Assembly (NCBI GenBank): GCA_050015375.1
Contig: JBEKBN010000005.1
Span: 1,858 to 65,857 of the forward strand
Direction: 5' to 3'
Length of the DNA stretch: 64,000 nucleotides
Source: Minisyncoccia bacterium
GTDB taxonomy: Bacteria; Patescibacteriota; Minisyncoccia; 2-02-FULL-40-12; IGHO2-01-FULL-4-A
Below, piece after piece: positions 1 through 9,810 of the stretch. Under the pieces are notes generated by a model. It was given only the letters and a program-made list of their open reading frames with translations, ran no database searches and was not told the origin of the DNA. How positions within the stretch are numbered: the first letter of the stretch is position 1; every line of letters begins with the position of its first letter. A program made the translations under genes and the position numbers.

Positions 1-305
1 TGCGCGATGAGGTCGGGAAGATAATTCTCCGGGAAAATATCGCGCCCGAAGGCGTTTTAATAACCGTTTTGAGGGCAGTAATTTCGGTCACGCTGGAACA
101 CGCCACGATTTACATTTCGGTTTTGCCCGAAGACAGATCAAAAGAGATGCTGAAAAAATTAAAATTCAAAATTTACGACATCCAGCAGCAACTGAATAAA
201 AAACTCAAGATCCGCACCGTGCCGAAGATCCGTTTCGAAATTGACACCGCCGAACTCCGGGCCCAACACATTGAAGAGCTTCTTCAAAAAGTCGGGGAGA
301 AGTGA
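1..305 (+). CDS. rbfA: Ribosome-binding factor A, 5'-truncated at window edge
   Basis: Frame is open from base 3. Translation ...AVISVTLEHATIYISVLPED...KIRFEIDTAELRAQ fits the RbfA KH-fold pattern (T.D..HA.VYVSV; C-terminal P.I.F..D). Confidence 0.6.
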   Translation, partial: RDEVGKIILRENIAPEGVLITVLRAVISVTLEHATIYISVLPEDRSKEMLKKLKFKIYDIQQQLNKKLKIRTVPKIRFEIDTAELRAQHIEELLQKVGEK

Positions 306-328
306 TAGGATGGAAGCGAGATTAGGAC

Positions 329-400
329 GACGGCGTAGCCAAGTGGCAAGGCGGTTCTCTGCAAAAGAACTATACGGGAGTTCGATTCTCCCCGCCGTCT
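329..400 (+). tRNA. tRNA-Cys (anticodon GCA)
   Basis: Cloverleaf folded by eye: acceptor gacggcg/cgccgtc, anticodon stem gttct/agaac with loop cuGCAaa, T arm gggag-ttcgatt-ctccc, discriminator U73. CCA not encoded. Confidence 0.75.
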
Positions 401-414
401 CAAAATAAATCATC

Positions 415-501
415 GCCCGGGTGGTGAAATTGGTTAGACACAAAGGACTTAAAATCCTTCGAGGGCAACACCTCATGTCGGTTCGACTCCGACCCCGGGC
501 A
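415..501 (+). tRNA. tRNA-Leu (anticodon TAA)
   Basis: Acceptor gcccggg/cccgggc, anticodon stem aagga/tcctt with loop cuUAAaa, long variable arm, T arm gtcgg-ttcgact-ccgac, discriminator A73. Confidence 0.8.
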
Positions 502-631
502 CATTAGCAAAGCGCCTGCGCGCTTTGCGTGTCGGACGAGAACGCCGGAGTGATATTCGGCGAGCAAATGGCGAGCCGAATCACGAGGCGGTGGTCAGGC
601 CGAGTCGGCGGAAGTCGCCGAGAGCCGCGAC

Positions 632-650
632 CGACTCCGACCCCGGGCAC
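632..650. repeat. 19-nt direct repeat of the tRNA-Leu 3' end (copy of 484..502, cgactccgaccccgggcac)
   Basis: Exact duplicate 130 bp downstream of the tRNA, resembling an attL/attR-type scar. Confidence 0.8.
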
Positions 651-1013
651 TTTTTGTTAATGTTTCTCCTTGCAATTATTTTTGAATTTGCGTATTATTA
701 AAGGTAGCTGTTTCATGCATGTTAATCAGATCGTCGGCCCGGTCCTCGCATGGCCCGTTTTGGGGACCGGAGAAAGAAAGGAGCTTGCGATGATCCAATA
801 TCGGATATATCCGGTTTTTGCGACAGCAAGGTCCGGTCCTTGACTTGATTCGTTGCTCCTTGATTTAGCAGTTTCACTTTTCCCGAGAGCGGTCGGACTC
901 CGTTCAGTCCGGCCGCCAGCCATCATATCCCCCAATCATCGGGGGATTTAATTTTATCAGATTTCTGGGTAATTTTGTCAAAGCCCGAAAAATAGGATAT
1001 GATTCAGTTGTTT

Positions 1014-1096
1014 GGAAGGGTCGGATAATGGCTATTCCACCGGTTTCGAAAACCGGCGTCCGCAAGGACTTGTGGGTTCGAGTCCCACCCCTTCCG
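1014..1096 (+). tRNA. tRNA-Ser (anticodon CGA)
   Basis: Acceptor ggaaggg/cccttcc, anticodon stem ccggt/accgg with loop uuCGAaa, long variable arm, T arm gtggg-ttcgagt-cccac, discriminator G73. Confidence 0.8.
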
Positions 1097-1270
1097 CTAA
1101 TTGAATTGAAACAACCATTTGGCTGTTTCAATTCAATAGACGAGGGAGCGAGTCGCCTGCGCGACTCGCGTTGGGATGAGAAGGCCGAAGCGATATTTCG
1201 TCAGCTGACGAAATCGCGAGGCCGTGCCCAACCCGAGGAGCGCGACGGCGCGACGAGAGGTGCGGGCGAA

Positions 1271-1285
1271 TCCCACCCCTTCCGC
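1271..1285. repeat. Direct repeat of the tRNA-Ser 3' end (tcccaccccttccgc; copy of 1083..1097)
   Basis: 18 of 19 nt identical to the tRNA T-loop/acceptor 3' strand, about 175 bp downstream. Confidence 0.8.
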
Positions 1286-1325
1286 CGGTGCATAAATTGC
1301 TCGTTAGGTGTGATATAATAAAAGG

Positions 1326-1718
1326 GTGGAAGAAAGAAAGAAAATTTTAATTGTTGATGATGACGCCGAGGTCAGGCAGATATTAGCCGACAAGCTAATT
1401 GCCGAAGGTTTTGATGTTATTCAGGCCGTAGACGGCGAAACTGGATTGCAGTCGGCGGACGCCGCGCGGCCGGATCTGATATTGCTTGATCTGATAATGC
1501 CGAAAATTGACGGTGTCGGCGTGATGACCAAATTGAGGGAAAACGAGTGGGGCAAAAACGAACCAATAATAATCATCACCAACATCGATCCTGACGAGAA
1601 CACGGTGCGGGCGATGGCCAAATGCAAACCGTATTATTTTTTTTCCAAAGGCATGTTCGATCTGGACGATCTGGTCAATAAAATAAAAGAAATATTGCCA
1701 CCGCTGATAATCCACTAA
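1326..1718 (+). CDS. Single-domain response regulator (CheY-like receiver)
   Basis: 130 aa, GTG start. KKILIVDDD...DLILLDLIMPKIDG receiver signature with phospho-acceptor Asp context. Confidence 0.85.
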   Translation: MEERKKILIVDDDAEVRQILADKLIAEGFDVIQAVDGETGLQSADAARPDLILLDLIMPKIDGVGVMTKLRENEWGKNEPIIIITNIDPDENTVRAMAKCKPYYFFSKGMFDLDDLVNKIKEILPPLIIH

Positions 1719-1731
1719 GATATTTTTATTA

Positions 1732-2514
1732 CTATCTGTTTCGGGCAAAGACAAATCCGATGACTTCTTTCGCGCCGGCCCCGACGGAGTCGGGGCCGGC
1801 GCTTTTTAATACTCGGGCGCAGTCATTCAATGTCGAACCGGTAGTCGAGACATCGTCAACCAAAATTATGGTTTTTCCGGAGAGGTCGGCGGCACCGGCC
1901 GCGAGCGCGGCCGGTGCCGCCGACCCAGCCGACGCCAATTCAAAAACCCCCTTCATATTATCCACCCGCGTCTGTCGGTCTTTGATCTCAGCTTGCGGCG
2001 GATTGTTGCGACCGCGAACTAAAAGTTCTTGATATGGCCAATTGAAATGTTTCCCGATTTCCCGCGCCGCCAATTCTGACTGATTATAACCCCGGTCATT
2101 AAGCCGGCGCCGGTGAAGCGGAACCGCTGTTATCACGATTGAACCCGGCTCAAGAGGTAAATTCGGAGAAACCTTTTTCTCGAAAAAATTAGCCATGAAT
2201 TTTCCGATGTCGCTACCCAACGACCGCAAATATCGGTATTTGACGGCTTTGATCATTTTTTCGACAAGTGGGTAATCGTAGTCGGAAGCGACAATGAGCC
2301 GATCCAAATAATTATCTTTTCGACAAAACGGGCATGTTTTTCCGAGAATCACCTGCGAGCTGCAAAAAGCGCAGATGAAATTTGTTTTGAAGGGAATTTG
2401 GGCATAGCAGGACGGGCAAACGTGGGATTCGTCGAGTTTGTTTATCAATTCCGAACAGCCAAGACAATATCTGGGAAAAATGAGATCGAGAAGAAAAGTC
2501 CGGGCGGTGTTCAT
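1732..2514 (-). CDS. comF: ComF-family competence protein (double zinc ribbon plus phosphoribosyltransferase domain)
   Basis: N-terminal CxxC...CxxC pairs and C-terminal PRTase motif TIILVDDVSTTGSTL. Confidence 0.8.
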   Translation of the reverse strand: MNTARTFLLDLIFPRYCLGCSELINKLDESHVCPSCYAQIPFKTNFICAFCSSQVILGKTCPFCRKDNYLDRLIVASDYDYPLVEKMIKAVKYRYLRSLGSDIGKFMANFFEKKVSPNLPLEPGSIVITAVPLHRRRLNDRGYNQSELAAREIGKHFNWPYQELLVRGRNNPPQAEIKDRQTRVDNMKGVFELASAGSAAPAALAAGAADLSGKTIILVDDVSTTGSTLNDCARVLKSAGPDSVGAGAKEVIGFVFARNR

Positions 2515-2550
2515 GTTAATAACTTGCGCCTTTGATATGGTATAATTTAT
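2515..2550. promoter_or_regulatory. Divergent promoter region between comF and pilM
   Basis: ttgcgc-N17-tataat (tataat at 2541..2546), 5 nt before the pilM ATG region. Confidence 0.4.
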
Positions 2551-3660
2551 TTGTCTGAAATTATGTTTAAATTTGCCTCAAAAAGCAAATTAGGTATTGA
2601 TATCGGCACCGCTTCGATCAAGATCGTCGAGCTTTCCAAATCGGCTGGCCGTTACAAACTGGAGAACTATGGTCTTTTTGAATTGGAATCCGTCGAAGCG
2701 TCGGTCGGCGGTTCGGATGAAATTGTGGAAGCTCACCCGCCGAAATTGTTGGAAGAAGACCTGGCTTGGGGGATAAAGGAAACAATGAAACGCTGCAAGA
2801 TCACGGCACGCGACGTCGTGGCTTCGATCCCGTCGTTCAACACTTTCTCCACCATTATAACCATGCCCTATCTCTCGGAGCAAGATATCGCCAAGACCAT
2901 TCCCTACGAAGCCCGCAAATATATTCCCATTCCTTTGAGCGAAGTCATCATGGACTGGACGATCATCAATGTCGCTCCGCCGAACCAAAACCAAATTTTG
3001 CCGAACAAACAGTCCGAAGCCAAATCGCCGATCGTCGAGGTTTTTATTGCCGCCGTACCCAAGGAAGAAACCGCCAGATACCAAAAGATCATGTCGAACG
3101 CCGGCGTAAACCTGCGGGCCCTGGAACTTGAGAACTCGGCGTTGATCAGAGCGCTGGTCGGAAACGATCTGAGTCCCATTGCCATCATCAATATCGGCGG
3201 CCGGAGCACATCCATTTTGATAGTTGACAACGGCTACGAAAGGATCAGCCACAATTATGAGGTTGGCGGCTTTGAGATCACAAAAGCCATTGCCCGCTCA
3301 CTGAACATCAGTTTGAAAAGAGCCGAAGAATTAAAACGGAGCATGGGTTTGAAGAACGCTAACACGGACATGATCACCAGCGCCATGTCGTCGCTGGTGG
3401 ATCTGATCGCTTTTGAGACCAGAAAAACCATTCACAATTATGAGGACCTGAAAAAAACCCAAATTGCCAAAGTCCTTTTGGTCGGGGGATTAGCGAACAT
3501 GCCGATGTTCATGGAATATTTCGCCGACAAACTGGGCATGGCGGTATCAGCCGGAAATCCTTTGGCCCGGATCATCTACCCACCTCCTCTTGACGCCATC
3601 AAGGACGAATTAAACTCAACATTCACTATTGCTTTGGGACTTGGCATGAGGGAGATCTGA
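2551..3660 (+). CDS. pilM: Type IV pilus assembly ATPase-like protein PilM
   Basis: 369 aa. LGIDIGTASIKIVEL actin-like N-terminus and overall PilM architecture. Confidence 0.9.
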   Translation: MSEIMFKFASKSKLGIDIGTASIKIVELSKSAGRYKLENYGLFELESVEASVGGSDEIVEAHPPKLLEEDLAWGIKETMKRCKITARDVVASIPSFNTFSTIITMPYLSEQDIAKTIPYEARKYIPIPLSEVIMDWTIINVAPPNQNQILPNKQSEAKSPIVEVFIAAVPKEETARYQKIMSNAGVNLRALELENSALIRALVGNDLSPIAIINIGGRSTSILIVDNGYERISHNYEVGGFEITKAIARSLNISLKRAEELKRSMGLKNANTDMITSAMSSLVDLIAFETRKTIHNYEDLKKTQIAKVLLVGGLANMPMFMEYFADKLGMAVSAGNPLARIIYPPPLDAIKDELNSTFTIALGLGMREI

Positions 3661-3714
3661 ACGTAACGCCGGGTGTGCATAACAACCCAAGCTAAATAAG
3701 TTAAAATATAACTA

Positions 3715-4266
3715 GTGGCCGACGCAGGCGGGTTACAACTTCTTCCGGAAACCCGGAAGAAAATAGAATATCACGCACCGGGGCATAATCGGCTCTTGAT
3801 TTTTTCTGTTGTTTTCTTGGCATTTATTTTCGCCGTATACGGCGGGTTGGTCTATTATCAAAAATCTGTTCAGGGCCAGCTTGATACTATCAACAGCGCC
3901 TTGGTCAAGAACGAGCAAGCCCGGAGCAAGACCGACGAAGATATGCTTTTGAATCTGAAAGACAATCTGGCCGTCGCTTCGAATATGCTGACCCAGCACC
4001 TGCCGTGGTCGCAAGCCCTGACCCATATCCAAGCCCTGATCGTTCCCCAAGTTCAGTTCGAAAACCTGACGGTCAAGTTCGATCAGAAACAATATTCATT
4101 CAAAGCCCTGGCCGTCAGTTACGCGGCGGTGGCGAAACAGGTCGCCGCTTTTTATTCCGACGGCGCCATCACCAATATCGTGATGGGAAACATTACTGCC
4201 CAGCCAGACGGCACTGTTGAGTTTTCAGTCCAATTGGGGTTTGACCCGACCAAAGCAACCAAATGA
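3715..4266 (+). CDS. pilN: PilN-like pilus assembly protein
   Basis: Single N-terminal TM helix plus coiled coil; located immediately after pilM. Confidence 0.55.
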   Translation: MADAGGLQLLPETRKKIEYHAPGHNRLLIFSVVFLAFIFAVYGGLVYYQKSVQGQLDTINSALVKNEQARSKTDEDMLLNLKDNLAVASNMLTQHLPWSQALTHIQALIVPQVQFENLTVKFDQKQYSFKALAVSYAAVAKQVAAFYSDGAITNIVMGNITAQPDGTVEFSVQLGFDPTKATK

Positions 4267-4294
4267 TAATTCCGGAAAATCATATTCAATGAAT

Positions 4295-4412
4295 CCCGTT
4301 AGAAGTAGCTAAAACTAAATACTATAAGCAATTTACGATTAATAATTATGGCTATTTCTAACGGATATCTAAATAAAGTACGGAAATGTAAACATTTCCT
4401 ACTTCTAACGGG
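4295..4412. mobile_element. MITE-like palindromic element (CCCGTTAGAAG termini), 118 bp, TSD ATGAA
   Basis: Terminal inverted repeats cccgttagaagtag / ctacttctaacggg. Flanks atgaaT and ATGAAc. The right TSD copy supplies the start codon of the next gene. Confidence 0.7.
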
Positions 4413-4943
4413 ATGAACAAAGATATCATCGCATCAATCATATTCGGAGCCAGTTGTTTCATCTTTTTTTGGTTGGCCGTTCCGGTCTATGACAATATTT
4501 TAGATATCAAATCGGCCACCGCCGATATGCAATCATTGCTGTCAGAAAGGACGACCTTGCGCCAAAATGTCTCCAACCTGATGCAACAATACGAATCCAG
4601 AAGCGCCGAGATCGCCAAACTGATGATGTTTTTGCCGAACCAAAGCCGTTTGGACCAAATAATCGAAACCCTTCAATCAACGGCGGGTTCGACCGGCATT
4701 CAGATGAAAGACATGAGTCTTGCGTCACAGCCCAGCACCAATAATAGTCCCTACGTGGTAACGAATATCAAGATCGAGGTTTCGGGAAATTACGATTTGA
4801 TGGTCAATTATATGAAACAACTTGAGCAAAGTTTACGGATCTATGATGTCACCGAGATCAGCATCGCCCGGAATCAGCAGGCTCCTCTGGCGGCTAACCT
4901 GTTCAATATCGAGATCAAAGCCAATACTTATAGTTTAAATTAA
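4413..4943 (+). CDS. pilO: PilO-like pilus assembly protein
   Basis: N-terminal TM helix plus coiled coil; position between the pilN-like gene and pilB. Confidence 0.55.
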   Translation: MNKDIIASIIFGASCFIFFWLAVPVYDNILDIKSATADMQSLLSERTTLRQNVSNLMQQYESRSAEIAKLMMFLPNQSRLDQIIETLQSTAGSTGIQMKDMSLASQPSTNNSPYVVTNIKIEVSGNYDLMVNYMKQLEQSLRIYDVTEISIARNQQAPLAANLFNIEIKANTYSLN

Positions 4944-4944
4944 A

Positions 4945-5253
4945 ATGGACGGCACACCGGTAAAAAATAAAAAAGGGAATTCGAGTTTGTTCATTCAGAT
5001 CGCCATCATCTTTTTGGGCCTCGTCGGCGGCTATATTTATTATTCCCAGATCATCAAACCGGCGAAGACGGCCGTTACTTTGCCTGATATCCCCAGGTCC
5101 GACACCTTGAACAAGTTTCAGGATTTCAGTTCCTATAACTTTGGGATTTTGAACGACCCGACCTTCAAATCCCTCAAAATTCTCGGCAATATTCCGATCC
5201 AGCCCGGCGTTACCGGAAGAACCGATCTTTTCGCCCCGCTAATTAGCGAATAG
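4945..5253 (+). CDS. Small membrane-anchored protein (possible PilP-like)
   Basis: 102 aa, one TM helix, operon position only. Confidence 0.35.
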   Translation: MDGTPVKNKKGNSSLFIQIAIIFLGLVGGYIYYSQIIKPAKTAVTLPDIPRSDTLNKFQDFSSYNFGILNDPTFKSLKILGNIPIQPGVTGRTDLFAPLISE

Positions 5254-5340
5254 TGATCAGCCAATAGCGAATAGCAATTCGTGAATTGGAAATAGCAGCT
5301 AATAACTATCGGCTAATGACTGTCCGCTATTTGCTACCCC

Positions 5341-7140
5341 ATGGCTTTCAAAACCCCATCAATTTTAGTTGATGAACTCATCAAAAGCGGCCTTTTGACC
5401 GAAGAATCATCGGTTGCCCTTGAACAAGAAGCGGCCGACGGCAATAAGGATTTCGGCGAAGTTCTCATCGACCGCGGCGTCATCACAGACGAAGATCTTC
5501 TGAAGATCAAGTCGAGGATCTATCAATTGCCGATCATTGATATCGTCAATGTCGAGATCAACCGCGAACTTTCCAAAGAGATCTCCGACGAGGTCATCAA
5601 TTTTTACAAGATCATTCCTTTTGCCAAGAGCAACGGCGTTCTTAAGGTGGCCATGATCAACCCCGAAAACATCAACGCCCTTGAGGCCCTGAAATTTCTG
5701 GCGTCCGATCGTGGCCTGATCCCCGAGAAATACCTGATAACTTACAAGGACTTTGGCGCTTTGAGCCGGAGTTATCAAACGTTGGGTACCGAGGTCGGCA
5801 AAGAACTTGAAAATCTATCGGAAGAAAATACTCAAAAAAATCTACAGATCACCGACAAGACCGGCGGTCTGGAACAGATCACGGCTGAAGCGCCGGTCAC
5901 CCGGATCGTGGCCGTCATCGTCAAGCATGCCGTTGAAACGCGGGCTTCCGACATTCACCTCGAACCGTTCGAAGACAAGATCCGGCTGCGGTTCCGGGTT
6001 GACGGCTTACTCCATACAACCTTGACCCTGCCCATTAATTTGCAATCGGCCATCGTTACCCGCATAAAAATTCTTGCCGATATGAAGATTGACGAGACCC
6101 GTCTGGCTCAAGACGGCCGGTTCTCAACGAAGATCGGCGACAGGCGGATTGATTTCCGGGTTTCAACCTTTCCGACAAGAAATGGCGAGAAAGTCGTGAT
6201 GAGGATCTTGGACCCGTTGGTTGGCAATGTCGAGTTAACCGACCTGGGGCTTGAAGGCAGATCGCTGGAACTCGTCATCGAAAATATCGGCAAGCCGTTT
6301 GGCGCCGTTCTGATCACCGGTCCGACCGGTTCGGGCAAATCCACGACCTTAGCCGCCATTTTGAGAAAGATCAACGACGACGAGATCAATGTCGTTACCC
6401 TTGAAGACCCTATCGAATATTATGTCGAGGGTGTCAATCAATCCCAGATCCACGAAGAGATCGGTTACACTTTCGCCAGCGGTTTGCGCCACATTTTACG
6501 CCAAGACCCCGATGTCATCATGGTCGGCGAAATTCGCGACGGCGAGACGGCGCAATTAGCGGTCCAGGCCGCTTTGACCGGCCATGTCGTCCTGTCAACT
6601 TTGCATACCAACGACACCATCGGCGTCATCCCTCGGCTCATTGACATGGGCGTTGAGAAATATTTGATCGCGCCGACGATGAACTTAGCTTTGGCCCAGA
6701 GATTACCTCGTAAACTTTGCAACGCCTGCAAGGTGAAGGTCAAGGCCTTGGACTCCGAGGCCGAAATGATCAGGCGGGCGATCGCCGATATGCCGACCGA
6801 TGCCCGGAGGGATCTGCCCAAAAATGATTTTGAATTGTTCAAACCCAGCCCCAGCGGTTGCCGCGAATGCAACAACCGGGCTTACAAAGGCCGGATCGGG
6901 ATTTTTGAGACATTGGCCATGACCGATGAACTGGAAAATATCGTCTTGACCGATATTTCCGAAGCCAGGTTGAGAGAGGAAGCGAAACGACAGGGGATGA
7001 TTACCATGTTCCAAGATGGTATAATAAAAGTTCTGCGGGGCGTCACGTCGCTCGAGGAGCTTTTGACCGTGGCTCAAGAAGCGGCGGATGATGAGTTGGA
7101 TGCGCCGGTGAAAACACCAGCGGGAAATTCGAAGAAATGA
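5341..7140 (+). CDS. pilB: Type IV pilus assembly ATPase PilB (GspE family)
   Basis: 599 aa. N-terminal GSPII domain, Walker A LITGPTGSGKSTTLAAIL, tetracysteine motif CNACK...CRECN. Confidence 0.9.
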   Translation: MAFKTPSILVDELIKSGLLTEESSVALEQEAADGNKDFGEVLIDRGVITDEDLLKIKSRIYQLPIIDIVNVEINRELSKEISDEVINFYKIIPFAKSNGVLKVAMINPENINALEALKFLASDRGLIPEKYLITYKDFGALSRSYQTLGTEVGKELENLSEENTQKNLQITDKTGGLEQITAEAPVTRIVAVIVKHAVETRASDIHLEPFEDKIRLRFRVDGLLHTTLTLPINLQSAIVTRIKILADMKIDETRLAQDGRFSTKIGDRRIDFRVSTFPTRNGEKVVMRILDPLVGNVELTDLGLEGRSLELVIENIGKPFGAVLITGPTGSGKSTTLAAILRKINDDEINVVTLEDPIEYYVEGVNQSQIHEEIGYTFASGLRHILRQDPDVIMVGEIRDGETAQLAVQAALTGHVVLSTLHTNDTIGVIPRLIDMGVEKYLIAPTMNLALAQRLPRKLCNACKVKVKALDSEAEMIRRAIADMPTDARRDLPKNDFELFKPSPSGCRECNNRAYKGRIGIFETLAMTDELENIVLTDISEARLREEAKRQGMITMFQDGIIKVLRGVTSLEELLTVAQEAADDELDAPVKTPAGNSKK

Positions 7141-7225
7141 GGATGGTTAGTAGTGAGTAGTGAGTAGTGAGTAGAAAATAAAACAGAAACTACCAACTAC
7201 TAACTACCAACTACAAACTAGTTCC

Positions 7226-8302
7226 ATGGAGGACTATAAAAAAATTGTTGATGAACTTTTGGAGATCGCGGCCGAAAAAGGCGGTTCCGACCTTCACTTA
7301 TCCACCGGTTATTATCCGACCGTCCGTGTTGACGGCCGATTGATCCCGATGGATGACCATAGGGTTCTTGATAAGCGCCTCGTCGAAGGCATCGCTTTTT
7401 CGATCCTTGACGATGAGCACAAAGAAAGATTTCTCAAAGAAAGAGAGATCGATTTTGCTTATGAGTTGAATCAAAAGGTCAGATGCCGGGTGAATATTTA
7501 CACCGCCCGCGGAAATTATTCGGTGGTTTTCCGTTTTATTCCCGAGCGTATCATGACCATCGAGGAATTGAATCTGCCCGAGAGCATCAAGTTATTCACG
7601 AAAATTTCACAGGGCTTCGTGCTGGTTGTCGGCCCCAACGGCCACGGCAAATCCACGACTTTGGCCGCTATGATAGATCTGATAAACAAAGAAAGGGCCG
7701 AAAAGATCGTCACCATTGAAGACCCCATCGAATACATTTTCAGCCCCGAGCGAAGCATTATTGACCAGCGCGAAGTTTATTTTGACACTCATTCTTTCGA
7801 CAACGCCCTCCGTTCTACTTTCCGGGAAAATGTCAACGTCATCATGGTCGGCGAAATGCGCGACTTTGCGACCATGAGCGCGGCGGTGTCGGCGGCCGAA
7901 ACCGGCCATTTGGTTTTCGCTTCCATCCACACCAACAATGCCGCCCAAACCATTGAAAGGATCGTTGATTCGTTTCCGCCCGACCAGCAAGCCCAGATCA
8001 TCAGCCAGCTGGCCAATACCATTTCGGGCGTCATTTCCCAGCGTTTGATCCCTCGGCTGAAGGGAGGACTTATCCCGGCGGTGGAAGTCATGATCGCCAA
8101 TGCCGCCGTCCGCAATTTGATAAGAGAAAGAAAAACCCAGCAATTGAACATGGCCATTGATACCGGCGGCGATATCGGCATGATCTCGCTGAATAAATCA
8201 TTGGCCGACCTGGTCAGGCGGGGAGAGGTTGGCATCGAACAAGCGGAATTTTTCTCCCTGAATCCGGTCGAGCTGAGATCATTGCTTCGCGAACAAAATT
8301 GA
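7226..8302 (+). CDS. pilT: Twitching-motility / pilus retraction ATPase PilT
   Basis: 358 aa. Walker A GPNGHGKSTTLAAMI followed by IEDPIEY. Confidence 0.9.
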   Translation: MEDYKKIVDELLEIAAEKGGSDLHLSTGYYPTVRVDGRLIPMDDHRVLDKRLVEGIAFSILDDEHKERFLKEREIDFAYELNQKVRCRVNIYTARGNYSVVFRFIPERIMTIEELNLPESIKLFTKISQGFVLVVGPNGHGKSTTLAAMIDLINKERAEKIVTIEDPIEYIFSPERSIIDQREVYFDTHSFDNALRSTFRENVNVIMVGEMRDFATMSAAVSAAETGHLVFASIHTNNAAQTIERIVDSFPPDQQAQIISQLANTISGVISQRLIPRLKGGLIPAVEVMIANAAVRNLIRERKTQQLNMAIDTGGDIGMISLNKSLADLVRRGEVGIEQAEFFSLNPVELRSLLREQN

Positions 8303-8322
8303 TTTTCTAAAATAATTTTTCC

Positions 8323-9534
8323 GTGGAATTCGATTATCAAGCGAAAAATCAGGAAGGAACGTTGGTTGAAGGCAGAGTCGAGGCGCCATCGGAAGATCAG
8401 GCGGTCTCGATCCTTCACCGCAAAGGACTGATCATCCTTTCTTTGGGGTCTTCGGTCAAACCGCTTTTCTCGATGGACCTGATGGCAATATTTAATCGGC
8501 CGAACCGGAAGGACATTGTCATGTTCACCCGACAACTGGCAACCCTGGTGGATGCCGATGTGCCGGTGGTTGAGGGTCTCCACGCTTTGGCCGAGCAGAT
8601 AGAAAAACCGCCGTTCAAAAAGATCGTTTCGACCATTGCCAACTCGATCGAAGGAGGAGCGTCGCTGTCCTTGTCCTTGGCCGAACACGAGAAGATCTTC
8701 GGTTCGTTCTACATAAGTTTGATAAGATCGGGGGAAGTGTCGGGCAAACTCCATGCCACCCTTCTTTATCTCGCCGATTATCTGGAACAGAGCGCGGCCC
8801 TGAACTCGAAGATAAAAGGCGCCATGACTTACCCGATATTCGTGGTCTGCGCCATTGTTCTTGTCAGTATCATCATGATGACCACGGTCTTGCCGAACCT
8901 CTTGGTAATTCTCAAGGACTCAGGCGCCACCGATCTGCCGCTGACCACCAGAATTCTGATGGCCGCCACTGATTTTGTGAATAATTATCTTTGGTACCTT
9001 GTGGTCGGCCTTTTGGCTTTGGCCATCGGCATCACTTACTATGTTAGAAGCGTGACCGGTCGGGCTATGTGGGACAAATTCAAGCTCCGGATACCCCAGT
9101 TCGGCAAGATCATCAGGAATTTTTATATCGCCCGACTAGGCGAAGCGCTTTCCACCCTGATCAAATCCGGCGTGCCGATCCTCGACGGCTTGGGCATCAC
9201 CTCCGAGGTCGTCAACAATGATACTTATAAGGGCATAATTCTCGAAGCTCGGACCAATGTCCAAAACGGCGGCACCATCTCCGAGGTTTTCCAGAAATAC
9301 AAAGAATTTCCGCCTCTGGTCACTTCGATGTTGTCTATCGGCGAGAGAACCGGCCGGACCGATACCATGCTTGACAATGTCACCAAATTCTATAAATCGG
9401 AGACCGAGAACTCCGTCCAGAATCTCACCACCCTGATCGAACCGGTTTTGATCCTATTCCTGGGCCTGGCGGTGGGTATTTTGGTGGCGGCGATCTTATT
9501 GCCGATATACAACACGATAAGCACATCGGGCTAG
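8323..9534 (+). CDS. pilC: Type IV pilus inner-membrane platform protein PilC (GspF family)
   Basis: 403 aa, duplicated GspF domains with TM helices. Confidence 0.9.
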   Translation: MEFDYQAKNQEGTLVEGRVEAPSEDQAVSILHRKGLIILSLGSSVKPLFSMDLMAIFNRPNRKDIVMFTRQLATLVDADVPVVEGLHALAEQIEKPPFKKIVSTIANSIEGGASLSLSLAEHEKIFGSFYISLIRSGEVSGKLHATLLYLADYLEQSAALNSKIKGAMTYPIFVVCAIVLVSIIMMTTVLPNLLVILKDSGATDLPLTTRILMAATDFVNNYLWYLVVGLLALAIGITYYVRSVTGRAMWDKFKLRIPQFGKIIRNFYIARLGEALSTLIKSGVPILDGLGITSEVVNNDTYKGIILEARTNVQNGGTISEVFQKYKEFPPLVTSMLSIGERTGRTDTMLDNVTKFYKSETENSVQNLTTLIEPVLILFLGLAVGILVAAILLPIYNTISTSG

Positions 9535-9700
9535 CCCCCACACCCAACAAGCATAAGTTCTGCATTCCACAAGTCCCAACAAACCAGTCCCATTTGCAAA
9601 CATAATGCTATGCGAACAATAATATGGACAGTTAAGCAGAACAGAATGACTTGCAAATGCTCATTGGGTGCGGGGGTGAAGCTGTTGATATCTTATTTTG

Positions 9701-9726
9701 TTGACGTGCACCAAAGATTGTATAAT
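9701..9726 (+). promoter_or_regulatory. Sigma70-like promoter of the major pilin gene (extended -10)
   Basis: ttgacg...tgTATAAT with perfect -10 at 9721..9726, about 85 nt upstream of the pilin start. Confidence 0.5.
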
Positions 9727-9810
9727 TAAGTTAGTTAATAAAGCGTAGCGATCGTTTGCGTTGAGCAAAAAGCTAAACGCCAATGTTATCCGCCTACCGC
9801 TGATTTCAAA

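Noticed and set aside
661-1013. SRP (4.5S) RNA
   Set aside because: An aggtccgg segment is present, but the conserved GGAAGCAGC / symmetric-loop context is absent.
726-1318. Track ORFs 726..935(-), 904..1131(-) and 1028..1318(+)
   Set aside because: They overlap tRNA-Ser and the GC-rich hairpin insert and have no protein-like composition. They are treated as non-coding.
2590-3252. 220-aa antisense ORF inside pilM and similar antisense ORFs inside pilB, pilT, ligA and fusA
   Set aside because: They lie fully within well-supported sense genes. They are GC-rich frame artefacts.
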